A stretch of 64,000 bases of DNA, taken from contig NC_135809.1 in assembly GCF_964213995.1 (NCBI RefSeq), positions 36,456,001-36,520,000 of the forward strand, written 5' to 3'. Shown here one piece after another: positions 11,790-24,239 of this stretch. The position numbers were made by a program, and so were the translations under genes. The stretch comes from Mustelus asterias (lineage: Eukaryota). Positions within the stretch are counted from its first letter, which is position 1. Every line of letters begins with the position of its first letter. The notes beneath the pieces were generated by a model, which had not been told where the DNA came from, did not search any database, and saw only the letters and a program-made list of their open reading frames with translations.

Positions 11790-13545
11790 ATAGTAAAAAG
11801 GTAGGGGGAGGGGGGCAAAAAGATGAGCAGAGCAGATTAGGGACCAAAAGGCAGAATTTACGCATGAAGGCAAGGGGCAGAGCTGAGGCATTAAATTATT
11901 ACTTTCCATCTATCTTTACCACGGAAAGATATGCTATGTAGGCCATGGTGAAGAAGGAGGTGATTAATACACTAGAATGATTTAAAATTGATAGGCCGTG
12001 CTTAAAGTTAATAAAGCACCAAAGCCAGGTGAGATGCATCCAAGGATACTGAAGGAAGTAAGAATGGAAATTGTGGAGTTTTTGGACATCATTTTTCAGT
12101 CTTTCTTAGACTCTGGGGTGGTTCCAGAAGACTGGAGAATGGAAGGGGTTACACCCCTATTCAAAAAGGCTGTAAAGATACGCTGAGCAACTATAGGCCA
12201 GTCAATTTAACTTTTGGTGATGGAGAATCTTCTAGAAACAATAATTCAGGGCAAAATTAATAGCTATATGGACAAATGTGAGTTAATTAAGGAAAGCCAA
12301 CATGGATTTCTTAAGGGAAAAATCATGTTTAACTTGCTGGAGTTTTTAAAGAGGTAATAGAGAGGATGGATGAGTGCAATGCTGGTGGTGAGGTGTATAT
12401 GGACTTCCAAAAGACATTTGATACAGTGCCACTCGATTGTGAGCATAGTTATATTCATGGAATAAAAGGGACAGTAGCAACACGAACACAAAATTAGCTG
12501 AGTGACAGGAAACAGAGAGTAATGGTTAATGGATGTTCTTCAGGCTGGAGGAGGTTTTGCAGTGGAGTTCCCCGGGGTCAGTGTTGAGATCCTTGCTTTT
12601 CCTGATATATATTAATGTTCTACAGAGCACAATTTCAAAATTTGCAGATGTTTCAAAACTTGAAATCATTTTGAACTCTGAGGAGAGTGTAGAAATTCAA
12701 AAAGACATGGTGGTGGAATGGGCAGCCAGATGGCGGCTGAAGTTCAATGTGGAGAAATGTGAAGTGATTCATTTTGGTGAGAAGAATATGGAGACATGGT
12801 ATAAAATAAGGAACATCATTTTAAAGGGTGTGCAGGAGCAGAGGGACCTGAGTATACATGTGCATTGAAGGCAAGTTGAGAGCACAATTAATAAAACATA
12901 GAGCATCCTAGGCTTTATTAATAGGGGCAGAGAGTAGTACAAGAGCATGGAGGTTAGGTTAACTTGTGTAAGTCACTAGTTTGGCCTCGGGTGGAGTATT
13001 GCATCCAGTCCTGGGGCCATGCACTTTAGGAAAGGTATGAAGGCATTGGAGAGAGTGCAGAAAAGATTCATGAGAATGGTCTCAGGGATGAGAACCTGCA
13101 GTTATCAAGCTAGGTTGGAGAAATTGGTACTATTTTCCTTGGAGAAGAGAAGGCTGAGAGGAGATTTGATAGAGGTACTCAAAATCATGAGGGACCTGGA
13201 CAGAGTAGATAGCGAGACACTATTCCCCCACTCATGAAAGGATCAAGATTGAAAGGGCACAGATTTGGAGTAATTGGCAAAAGAATAAAAATGACATGAA
13301 AGTAAACTTTTTCATACAATGAATGGCTGGGGTCTGGAAAGCACTGCCTGAGAGTGCGGTGGAAGTGGAATCAATCAAAGCATTCAAAAGAGAATTAGAC
13401 TGTTATCTGAAAAGGAAGAATGTGCAGGGTTACAGGGAGAAGGTGTGGGAATAGCACTAGGTGAATTGTTAATTTAGACAGCCAATGTAGACATGATGGA
13501 CCAAATGGTCTCTTTCTGCACCATAACAATTCTGCGATACTGTGA
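11790..13545 (+). mobile_element. Decayed CR1 ORF2 + 3' tail
   Basis: GVVPEDWR, ISKFADVSK, FNVEKCEVIHFG and RLRGDLIEV fragments. Confidence 0.88.
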
Positions 13546-14492
13546 TACTTGCCAATATTCCATTTGCCTTCCTAATTACTTGCTGCAGTTGCATACCAAC
13601 TTCTTGTAGCTCGTGTACCAGGGAACCCAAATCTCTTTGTACAGAAGAGTTCTACAGTCTCTCTCCACTCAAACAATGTGCTGCTTTTTATTAGCATATT
13701 ATTTGCTAATAAATCATAGTTATTATTCTATTCTTCTTGCCAAACTGGACAACTTCACATTATACTCCATCTGCCAAGTCTTTGTCCACTCACTAAACCT
13801 TTTGAAATCCCTCTATGGAGTTTAAATGTTCTTTTTACAACTCTATTTCCTATCTACCTTTATGCCACCATATTAGGTCCCTTTATCCAACTCATTGACA
13901 GAAGTAGAAAATAGTAAATAAATGAGGCCCCAACACTGACCATTGTGACACTCAGCCTGTCAACCCCAAAATGACCCATTTATCCCTACTCTCTGCTCCC
14001 TGTGAGCTAACCAACCCTCTGTCCATGTTAATTTGTTATTCCCTTCACCATGAGTTCTGTAGTAATCTTTGATGTGGCACCTTGCCAAATGCCTTTTGGA
14101 AATCCAAGAATACCACATTTACATGTTCCTCTTTATCCTCCTTTCATGTTACTTCCTCTAATAATTTAGTTAACAACATTTACCTTTCACAAAACAAGGT
14201 TAACTCTGCCCGATTTAGAAAACCATTACAAAATATCCTGCTACTGCTTCCTTAATAGTGGATATGAGTATTTTCCCTCTGACAGATGTTAGACTAACAG
14301 GTCTGTAGGTTCCTGCTTTCCATCTCCCTCCTTTCCTGAATTGACATTAGCACTTTTCCAATCCACGAGAACCTTTCCAAAAATCAGTTTTAGCCTATAG
14401 TTTTAGTTTGATAACATGTTATTTTTTTACCTTCAAAAGTGATGCAAGAATTTGGTGGGTACCCCACACATTGACCACTGAATGATTGGAGG

Positions 14493-14723
14493 CAAAATAC
14501 TGCAGATGCTGGAATCTGAAACCAAAGCAGAAAATGCTGGAGAAACTCAGCAGGTCTGACAGCATCTGTGGAGAGAGAATAAAGACAATGTTTCGAGTCT
14601 GGATGAGTCTTCATCAGAGCGCTCTGAGGAAGGGTCATCCAGACATCGAAACATTAGCTCTATTCTCTCTCCACAGATGTTGTCAGACCTGCTGAGTTTC
14701 TCCAGCATTTTCCGTTTTTGTTG
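14493..14723. mobile_element. Penelope-like fold-back element (family P1) with two divergent hammerhead cores
   Basis: Inverted arms of about 100 bp centred at 14620/14621, one arm with an extra ~28-nt tail. TSD TGA(A/G)TGATTGGAGG at 14479-14492 and 14724-14737. Confidence 0.8.
14621..14660 (+). ncRNA. Hammerhead-like motif (right arm of palindrome; mirror copy on - strand 14586-14620)
   Basis: GCU CUGAGGA A GGGUC-AUCCA-GACAUC GAAA CA UU AGC. The mirror copy reads GCU CUGAUGA A GACUC-AUCCA-GACUC GAAA CA UU. Both are partly decayed. Confidence 0.62.
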
Positions 14724-14934
14724 TGAGTGATTGGAGGTTAACACTTAAACCTGGAAAATGCAACCCTTACACAACATGAAGAAGGATGCAAGAGCCAGTT
14801 CATAGTGGACTCAGATTGCTAAACAGAACTTACACTTAGCTCCCAATTCAAAGTCAAATATTGGAGAAAAACCCAGATTGTAAAGATGGCATACATTACT
14901 ATCAATAACTGTTAAGTTAGTGACATTTCAAACC

Positions 14935-15210
14935 AAAGTAAAGTTTATTTATTAGTCACAAGTAAGTCTTACATTAACACTGCAACGAAGTTACTGTGAA
15001 ATTCTCCTAGTCACCACAGCCCGGCGCCTGTTCAGGTCAATGCACCTAACCAACACGTCTTTCAGAATGTGGGAGGAAACCAGAGCACCCGGAGGAAACC
15101 CACGTAGACATGGGGAGAACATGCAAATTCCACACAGACAGTGACCCAAGCCAGGAATCGAACCTGGGTCCCTGGCGCTGTGAAGCAACAGTGCTAACCA
15201 CTGTGCCACA
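14935..15210 (-). mobile_element. V-SINE type B
   Basis: Same head and V-domain with the type B tail. Confidence 0.85.
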
Positions 15211-15636
15211 GTAGACAATTAAATCAAAACATACTGTAATAACAATTGTTCAACACCAGAGGCAAGAATTCCACAGATCGACATCCACGAGTACATTCAC
15301 TAGAAAGGATATAAGGATGATCACTATGGCCTCTCTTCTAAGGGAATTTAAACCATATTAACACAAATTTCTTTCTACATGCAATCCATGCTATACCTGA
15401 CCTAGAAGTGTATACTGTGATAGTATATAATGAGCTTTACTGTGCATCTAACTGTTGCTATACCTGAGCTGGGAGTATTCAATGTCGACACTGGATCCAG
15501 CAGTAAGTCTTCAGTGTGACTATCAATTTTGAGCACAAAACTTTCCAAAGTAAAGTTAACCCTTATATTAAAGCTCTAAACCACACTGTTTTCATACCTC
15601 TTCCAGGATTAATATCTCCCACTTTCTATGCCTTTT

Positions 15637-15735
15637 AGCTTTGACAAAGGGTCATATGAACTCGAAAAATCAGCTCCTGTCTCTCCTTACAGATGCTGCC
15701 AGACCTGCTGAGATTTTCCAGTGTTTTCTCTACTG
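15637..15735 (+). mobile_element. Family P1 decayed half-element
   Basis: AGCTTTGACAAAGGGTCAT...ACTCGAAAAATCAGCT...CAGATGCTGCCAGACCTGCTGAG; hammerhead core mutated. Confidence 0.65.
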
Positions 15736-16416
15736 ATTTCATATCATTCACATGGCTGTCGCCAGGCTTCTTTTTATTTCCTAAAAGTGCTATTATAAAA
15801 TGATAAAATCTTACCTTTTCTTAATCATTGATAACCTTTGCAAGAGAGATGCTGAAGTGATCTTGTATTCATAATGGATTGCCATGTAACAAGTTGATCA
15901 CAGAGTGAATGAATGAAAAAGTGAATGAAAAACCACCCTTTAATTGGGTGGTTTGTCCTCTTCTCTTGCTAATTTACTCCTTCCTCCTGACCCAATTCAT
16001 TCTATTTTGAGTTGCATTTAATGAGTTTTGATTTGTTTGTCTGATCAGATTAGTGAGTGCTCCTGGTTAGAATTCTGCATGATTTGAGAATCAATAACTT
16101 TTTTTCTCCATGTTGTTATGATAATGGTGTTTTAACTACAATCAATGTGACCACATGAAAGTGGGAATGAGCTAAAACAAAATGCATGAGATTTAAAGAG
16201 ATTATTCTTACCATGTTCCAAATCTAAACGGGGCACTCCCAGAACCCTGCCAAGCATTAATGTGAAGCATTATGCACAACCATTCCTTTTGCATATTCTT
16301 CTTCATTGTGTTCAAAACTACACATGTAAACATAGATCAGGAAAAAGATTCTGAGACACTCAGGACAACTCATTTCCCGACTGTTAGGGGATATCTCAGT
16401 GGGATCATAAGACCAT

Positions 16417-16608
16417 CAGTCCAAAGATGTGCGGGCTAGGTTGATTGGCCATTCTAAATTGCCCCTTAGTGTCCCAGGATGCATAGGTTAGAGGGGTTAG
16501 TGGGTAAATATGTAGGGATATGTGGATAGGGCCTGGGTGGGATTGTGGTTGGTGCAGACTCAATGGGCCGAATGGCCTCTTTCTGCACTGTAGGATTCTA
16601 TGATTCTA
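16417..16608 (+). mobile_element. V-SINE type A, 3' half
   Basis: Nearly identical to 10145-10330. Confidence 0.85.
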
Positions 16609-16995
16609 AGATATGAGAGCAGAATTAGGCCATTCGGCCCATTGAGTGTGTTCCACCATTCAATCTTGGCTGATACGTTTCTCAACGCCATTCTCCTGCT
16701 TTTCCCCCATAACCTTTGATCCCTTTACTAATCACGAATCTATCTATCTCTGTCTTAAGTACACTCAATGATTTGGCCTCCACAGCCTTCTGGAGCAATT
16801 AATTCCATAAATTCACCACCCTCTGGCTGAAGAAATTCCTCCTCAACTCAGTTCTAAAGGGTCGTCCCTTTACTCTGAGGCTGTGCCCTCAGATCTTAGT
16901 CTCTCCTACTAATGGAAACATGTTCCCAAGGTCCACTCTATTCAGGCCTTTCATTATTCTGTAAGTTTCAATGAGATCCCCCCTCATCCTTCTAC
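16608..16995 (-). mobile_element. CR1 3' end
   Basis: Matches the CR1 3' UTR/RT end seen at 41620-42030. Confidence 0.8.
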
Positions 16996-17235
16996 ACCAA
17001 GGAACTTTAATAAGGATGCTTCAATAACAAAACAACGCTGACAGCAAAACCTCAATTCTTTACCCCAAATTGCCTTTGGAGAATCAAGCACCCTGGTACG
17101 TTATTGGCTGCCTGTTGAGGCCAAACAAAGTCAGAGATTGTATTTCACTGGTTGTATGCTATAACAACATGCAATTATTAGTAGCTTAATGCAGCAAAAC
17201 TCACCAAGATTTATCACTTGGTGGGTATTAGGCAT

Positions 17236-17526
17236 AAGTTTAAAGTTTATTTATTTGTGTCACAAGTAGGCTTACATTAACATTGCAGTGAAGCTACTGT
17301 GAAAATCCCCTAGTTGCTACACCCCGGTGTCTGTTTGGGTACACTGAGGGAGAACTTAGCATGGCGAATGCACCTAACCACGTCTTTTGGACTGCGCGAG
17401 GAAACCCATGCAGACACGGGGACAACGTGCAGAATCTGCATAGACAGTGACCCAAGTCGGGAATCAAACCCGGGTCCCTGGTGCTGTGAGGCAGCAGTGC
17501 TAACCACTGTGCCATCGTGCTGCCCA
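17236..17526 (-). mobile_element. V-SINE type B
   Basis: Same head and V-domain with the type B tail. Confidence 0.85.
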
Positions 17527-17984
17527 CAAGTGGGGTAGTAGTTGAAGCTGTGATTGAGACATGCTCATTGCACTCTGGTGATACTCCTGCCTCTAACGTA
17601 GGAAGGTCACGATTCAGCTCTCCCATTTGAACACACCATCTATGCCAATACTTTAGTTCACTATTCATGGAATACTGCACTGTTGAAAACACTATCTTTC
17701 AGATTTAAAATCTAGGTTTGAGATGGAAATAAAATATCCTGTGATTCTATTTCAAAGGAAAGCTTGATATATTTTCTGTAGACACTAATTTTAATGCTTA
17801 TAAAGCCAAGGTCAATAGATTGAGTTAAAATATAGATCAGCCATGATCTAACTGAATGGCGGACTAAATTCAAGGAACTCAATGGACTCAATCTACACAG
17901 CAACCTGTCATTTTTCTAATTTCCATTTGTCGGACCTGATCGTGCCCCATCTGCATGTCTACATAACAATATTAACTTTGTAGT

Positions 17985-18410
17985 GTGGGAGGAAACTCGC
18001 ACAGACACGGGGAGAATGTGCAAATTCCACACAGTCACCCAAAGCCGGAATTGAACTCAGGTCCCTGGTGCAGTGAAGCACCACTGCGAGCACTGCTGCC
18101 TCACAGCACCAGGGACCCACGTTCGATTCTGGCTTTGGGTGACTGTCTATGTGGAATTTGTACGTTCTTCCCGTGTCTGCGTGGGTTTCCTCCGGGTGCT
18201 CCGGTTTCCTCCCACAGACCAATGATGCGCAGGTTAGGCAGATTGGCCATGCTAAATTGTCCCTTAGTGTCCCAAGATGTGCAGGTAAGGGGGATTAGTG
18301 GGATAAATTTGTGGGTTACCGAGAAAGGGCCTGTATGGGATGCTATGCCAGAGAGTCAGTGCAGACTCGACGGGCTGAATGGCCTCCTTCTGCACTGTAG
18401 GGATTCTGTG
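17985..18410. mobile_element. Head-to-head pair of V-SINE segments (- 17985-18085; + 18088-18410)
   Basis: Inverted copies of the head/V-domain fused at about 18086. Confidence 0.8.
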
Positions 18411-19541
18411 ACTTCACATCTAAAAATCATTGACTATAAAATGCTTTAAGACATCTTGAGGACATGAAAGATGCAAAATGAATGTATGTTCTGTCTTCTT
18501 CAACCTAACGTAAGTATGTCCTCATTGATAAATCAAAGAAGCTCGAACTTTTACAGTTGCTTGTCACTTGGCAATCCCATGCTGCTGATGTATTTTTCGA
18601 TTCATGCTGTTCTTCAGCACACTCTATTGAAATTGTTCTATCAGTCAATGTCACTTCTACTTACATGTCCAACTGAACAGGTCAAACACTGCCCTAGGAT
18701 ACAGGGGGGAAAAAAAATCAAGTAACAAAATAAAGTGCACAACGAAAACTGCTGAAGGCCCGGAGAACACACAGCAAAGAGCGCAAGGCACAGAGCATAT
18801 AGCCGAGAACATAAAATAAAAACCAAACTGCAAAGGGTGGAAGACACAAAGAGCATAACATAGAGGACCAAACACTCAGCAGGAGTAGCAGAGAAAGTAC
18901 ACAGCACATAGAAAAGAATGTATGATGCACAATGTGTGTCAGGGTAAAAAGTTCACCTGATCCCAAGAACTTGACTGGTCCAATGTGATAATCAAAGATT
19001 ACTGGGCTGTCAGCCAGGAACGCTGCTGCTGTCGCCAGTGCAAATATTAAGGAAGCAAATAGGCTCCATTTTAATCTTTAAAACAAGTATTAAAACATTT
19101 TTTCCATTTTAAATTCCTGTGCCCCACGTGTATAATCAAAAACGTCAGCTTGTCACATTGCTATTACAGGGATGCTGCTCAGTTTTGTATCTTGCAGTTC
19201 CTTCAATTTGTATTGCAGAAGAGCTTCCACTTCCCAACTAACCCTCCTCTACTTGCCAAATCCCACAAGTTTTGCCATTTCATGTAATGATACTTAATCA
19301 AATTATGATATTAATATAGAAACAGAATGTATAACTTTAAAATGGGGATTAAATTATGTTTGCAAGCCCAGATCGAATTTGCACCATCCCTGCCACTCCC
19401 TACACACACCCCACCCCAGTTTAACCCAACTTCACTTGAAGATTACCCCTTGGGTCTAGAAATTAAATTGCACTATGCCCATTTTTTGGGGCACAAAATA
19501 GGCCATGAATGATCCAGTATGGAATGGAGCATCGGCACACT

Positions 19542-19704
19542 GGGGCAAATTTTCCCGTTCCGCCCGCCACGGGAATTGTTGCGTGGGGTGGGGGGGGGGG
19601 GGGGTGGGGGGGGGTTGGGTGGAGAGCGGGGACCATGCAAAGGTCCATTGACCTCAGGCAGGATTTTCTGGTTTTGGGGTGAGTGCGGCCAGAAAATCCC
19701 ACCC
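19542..19704. mobile_element. MITE-like element with G-tract
   Basis: GGGGCAAATTTTCCC...GAAAATCCCACCC ends; internal GGATTTTCTGG / CCAGAAAATCC inverted repeat. Confidence 0.5.
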
Positions 19705-19942
19705 ATTCAGTCTGTCCAAATGTACACTGCAAGGTTCAGGGCATCGTAATATCTTGTACTTAGTTGAGCATGGAGGCAGGAGCAGCAGAAGCGATCCTCC
19801 TAGTTCTACATTAAAACTTATCCCTATGGTCTTTTTACAATCCTAGCCCTGTTATTTTGGAGCTACAGGATCAGATGTATCTCCTAATTAATTTCCCTCC
19901 AACTTCAGCCAGACGAAGCTGAACTCATGAGCTCATTTTTGG

Positions 19943-20281
19943 ATCATAGAATCCTACAGTGCAGAAAGAGGCCATTCGGCCCATCGAGTCTGCACCAACC
20001 ACAATCCCACCCAGGCCCTATCCACATATCCCTACACATTTACCCACTAACCCCTCTAACCTATGCATCCCGGGACACTAAGGGGCAATTTAGAATGGCC
20101 AATCAACCTAGCCCGCACATCTTTGGACTGTGGGAGGAAACCGGAGCACCTGGAGGAAACCCACGCAGACACGGGGAGAATGTGCAAACTCCACACAGAC
20201 AGCGACCCGAGCCGGGATTCGAACCCAAGTCCCTGGAGCTGTCAAGCAGCAGTGCTAACCACTGCGCTACCGTACCGCCCC
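19943..20281 (-). mobile_element. V-SINE type A, full length
   Basis: Reverse complement of the 9993-10330 type. Confidence 0.92.
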
Positions 20282-20656
20282 AGTGAATCTGACCTGCCGC
20301 TTAGCCAAAGGAAGGAACTTACTCAGGAGACTTACCTTCTTCCTTCTTTATTTTTGTGGGATTGTCATATTCCCAAATATTCAGGTTCAGTTAACTCCAC
20401 AGTAAATATTCCCCCTCCATTAACAAAATAGGAGTTGGGTTCACTGAGCCTTTGATATAGAAGTTTAGGTGAGACAATTTAAATTTTAAGAATACACACA
20501 AATTACTATAATAAGAAAGCATGCAATAAGGTGATTATACAAAGATAAAGAAATCTCAAAAGGAATATATAAGAGAATCCAGCAATTACTTTCCGTGGTT
20601 ACAAACGTAAGAATTCTAAGAGTAAGTATGCAAAGAAGCAATTAAGTCAGTAAGTA

Positions 20657-20944
20657 AAATTTAAAGTTTATTTTATTCATATCACAAGTAGGCTTACATT
20701 AACACTGCAATGAAGTTACTGTAAAAATCCCCTAGTCGCCACACTCCGGCGCCTGTTCGAGTACACTGAGGGAGAATTTAGTATGGCCAATGCACCCAAC
20801 CAGCACATCTTTCGGACTGTGGGAGGAAACGCAGACACAGGAAGAACATACAGATTCCACGCAGAGTCACCCAAGCCAGGAATCGAACCCAGGTTCCTGG
20901 CACTGTGAGACAGCAGTGCTAACCACTGTGCCACCATGTCACCC
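20657..20944 (-). mobile_element. V-SINE type B
   Basis: Same head and V-domain with the type B tail. Confidence 0.85.
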
Positions 20945-21599
20945 TAGTCAGGATATCCATCAACTATTGAAGGAATATTACCTTAATGCTTGAGTGAGAT
21001 TTGCTTGGTTCAGAATAGATGTGAAGTCAAACTAACAGTTCTTCTTAACAAATCTGAAGATTTAAATTTGAGTTGAGATATTTATAATGAATTTTGGGTT
21101 TGTACAATTAAGGAAAATGGAAACCATGGAAAATGTTAATTTGTCTGAACCATAGACCACCTTTAGTTAGTATCCTCTTTATAATAAGATGCCTGTGTAA
21201 TTTCTGGCAAACGTTACTGTGAATTTATTCCCGAAGCTGGATTTACATTACAGTCATGTTGATCAATGTTGCATAATCAAGATATTGAGTCCAGCAAGAT
21301 AATAAAACATGGGAGTGCAATTCTCCCCAAAAATTTCTATGTTTTGTCCCCAGCAGGAAAATGGGTGCAATTCCCGCCGGGTAGGTCAACATGATCCAGG
21401 TCACAATCTATCCACACTTAGGCAGTTTTTTGGAACTTGGAAAGTGCCAGGAAAGAGATATGTGGGACCTAAAGATGCCAGCACAGTCTGCTCCTCAGAG
21501 ATCAGGACACCCTTGTTAAAGGGCACCCCAATCTCCAGACAATCCTACAGACCTCTCCATGCTGTGCCAGAGGTCACAGTCAGGGCACTGCCCAACCAT

Positions 21600-21915
21600 G
21601 TCATAGAAGCTTAGAATCCCTACAGTGCAGAAGGAGGCCATTTGGCCCATCGAGTCTGCACCAACCACAATCCCATCAAGGTCTTATTCCCATAACCCCT
21701 CTTATTTACCCTGACACTAGGCTAGGGTTAATTTAGCATGGCCAATCAACCTAACCTGCACATTTTTGGACTGTGGGAGGAAACCAGAGCACCCGGAGGA
21801 AACCCACGCAGACACGGGGAGAGTGTGCAAACTTCATGCAGACAGTGACCCGAGGCCAGAATTGAACCCGGGTCCCTGGCGCTGTGAGGCAGAATGCTAA
21901 CCACTGTGCCACCCC
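21600..21915 (-). mobile_element. V-SINE type A inserted in an older repeat (~21309-22205)
   Basis: Same head, V-domain and tail; CCATGTC on both flanks. Confidence 0.85.
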
Positions 21916-23569
21916 ATGTCCTTGACCAGTTAGGGGCTCCAATGGCCTCTGAGCCCCCCTGGCATGGTTATCAAGTCTGATCTCTGTCTGTGGAGACCAG
22001 TAGTGATTTCTGCCAGCTTCACATTGTGTCAAAGGGCGGGAGAATTGAAAGGGGCCAGGTGAAATCATCTTAAAGCTGATTCTGCATATTTAAATTAGGA
22101 TCTAAATATGCTAATCTGCTTCCTGCCCATGCTGGATGTGAACCAGATTACGTCGCTGACGACACAAATCATGTTATGGCCCCTCTCGCAAGATTCTACA
22201 TCCATAATGTAATCTGCAGCTGTGCGCAGGGGCCAGGGAATCGCCCTTGGGGTCTTGTGTTTCATTGATCTGTTTTGTGGTTTACCTATTGGAGCTGTTT
22301 TGTGACTTATGTGCTGACTTCTTAGCAAAGACTATAGAATGCCATTCTTTGAGGTGTGTGTATATAATATCAGCAAATTCACATGTATTATGAAGGGAGT
22401 TAAGCCCATGCTGTGTTTACAAGCTATTAAAATATGTTTCGCTGTGAGTTTACTCTAGGTTACTTTTAAACTAATGTTCCTGTATTAATTCCATGTTATT
22501 TGACCTTTCCTTTGCACTCCAATGCCCTCTGCACTTCTCTCCAGATTGCCTCATTTCCCAAGGCTCAGCTACTGTCTTGGCTGGAATCCCAGTCTGACAA
22601 TCTTCTTCCCCATGAACAGGCGAGAGCTGCAACTGGGGCCATGACTGCTGCCCACAGCTTTTGATAATAAACACAAAGTTGGCTGGATGATTTGCTGTGG
22701 TCCAGCTCTCAAACTCTTTAAGCAGCAGATGTAACAGCTGAGGTGCTTGGTGCAAAAAGCATTCTGAAAGTGTGTGAGGTCAGAGTGCAGGTCTGAGGAA
22801 TATGATGCAATTTAAATAATACCAAAAATATTGGACTTGTTTTTAAACAGAAGCAAGTCCTTTTAACATTACTCACTACAGTTGCTGCACTTGTCCCAGA
22901 AATGGAGCCGATCCATCAAAGATCAGACCAGTTGTGCATAACGAAAAGCACAGATATTTGAAAAAGCTGGAAGTCAATGTCTAGTTCATCATTTTTCTGT
23001 ACTGTCAAAGCTGTTCAAATAGTTTGAAGTAGACATCAGACTCCCAGGACACATACAATGCAGGTTTGATGTAAAACAAAGCTCTCTGTATATCATTCAT
23101 GTCCAAGTAGTTTAGGCCGAGTGCCAGAAAGTAACAAAGCGTAACCTTGCCAGTCTGTTGCAGGCCACACACTCTTCAGTCACTGTCATTACACTCAGGA
23201 TTCATTCCAGGTTCGAGTTCTTATTTTTGCTCTGTGTCTGCCCACTACAATCCATCACTCCCTGCTCCTCATCCCAGGCAATTATGTTTGTTAAGCGTCT
23301 TGCAGTTACTCAAGGAATAACTCATTGAGGCCAGTTACAGGCAATGTCAGTGCTAATATTTACTACGTAAAAAATATGCTTTGAAAACCAGTGACAGACT
23401 GAAAGAACTAAAATGCAGCTTATATTAATGACAATTTGCTTTTTGCAAACATTAGATGCTACAGGGTTGGTCATAGCCCTGAGCCTGAGGTTCAGTCCCC
23501 ACCATCATCGATTTGTGGAATTGAACACAGTGGTCAAGAGATTCATTTGTGTGGCATCACTTTTAGTGA

Positions 23570-24236
23570 ATCATAGAATCCCTACAGTGAAGAAGGAGGC
23601 CATTCGGCCCATCGACCACAGTCCCACCCAGGCATCCCCATAACCCCATGCATTTCAGAGTCAGAGAATGTCAGAGAAACCCTACAGTACAGAAAGAGGC
23701 CATTCGGCCCATCGAGTCTGCACCGACCACAATCCCACCCAGGCCCTATCCCCATATCCCTACATATTTTACCCACTAATCCCTCTAACCTACGCATCTC
23801 AGGACACTAAGGGGCATTTTTTTTTTAGCATGGCCAATCAACCTAACCCGCACATCTTTGGACTGTGGGAGGAAACCGGAGCACCCGGAGGAAACCCACG
23901 CAGACACGAGGAGAATGTGCAAACTCCACACAGACAGTGACCCAAGCCGGGAATCGAACCCAGGTCCCTGGAACTGTGAGGCAGCAGTGCTAACCACTGT
24001 GCTACCGTGCCGCCCATTTACCCTAGCTAATCCCCCTAATATTAGGAGCAATTTAGCATGGCCAATCCACTTAACCCGCATATCTTTGGACTGTGGGAGG
24101 AAACCAGAGCTCCCGGAGGAAACCCACGCAGAAAGGGGGAGAATGTGCAGACTTCCACACAGACAGTGACCCAAGCTGGGAATCAAACCCGGGTCCCTGG
24201 TGCTGTGAGCAGCAGTGCTAACCACTGTACCACCCC
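23570..24236 (-). mobile_element. V-SINE type A (23570-23653 + 24015-24236) with a second type A copy (~23660-24014) nested inside
   Basis: The host rejoins across CATTT, which is present at both junctions. Confidence 0.82.
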
Positions 24237-24239
24237 ATA

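Larger units (their letters stand above)
9920..14390 (-). mobile_element. Old CR1 (segments ~9920-9992, 10331-10780, 13545-14390) hosting later insertions
   Basis: Collinear minus-strand CR1 3' UTR/RT fragments flank a SINE and two other CR1s. Confidence 0.7.

Noticed and set aside
22471-22755. 94-aa ORF in repeat-free sequence with clustered E-boxes
   Set aside because: No recognisable homology or convincing exon structure. A regulatory role is possible but unsupported.
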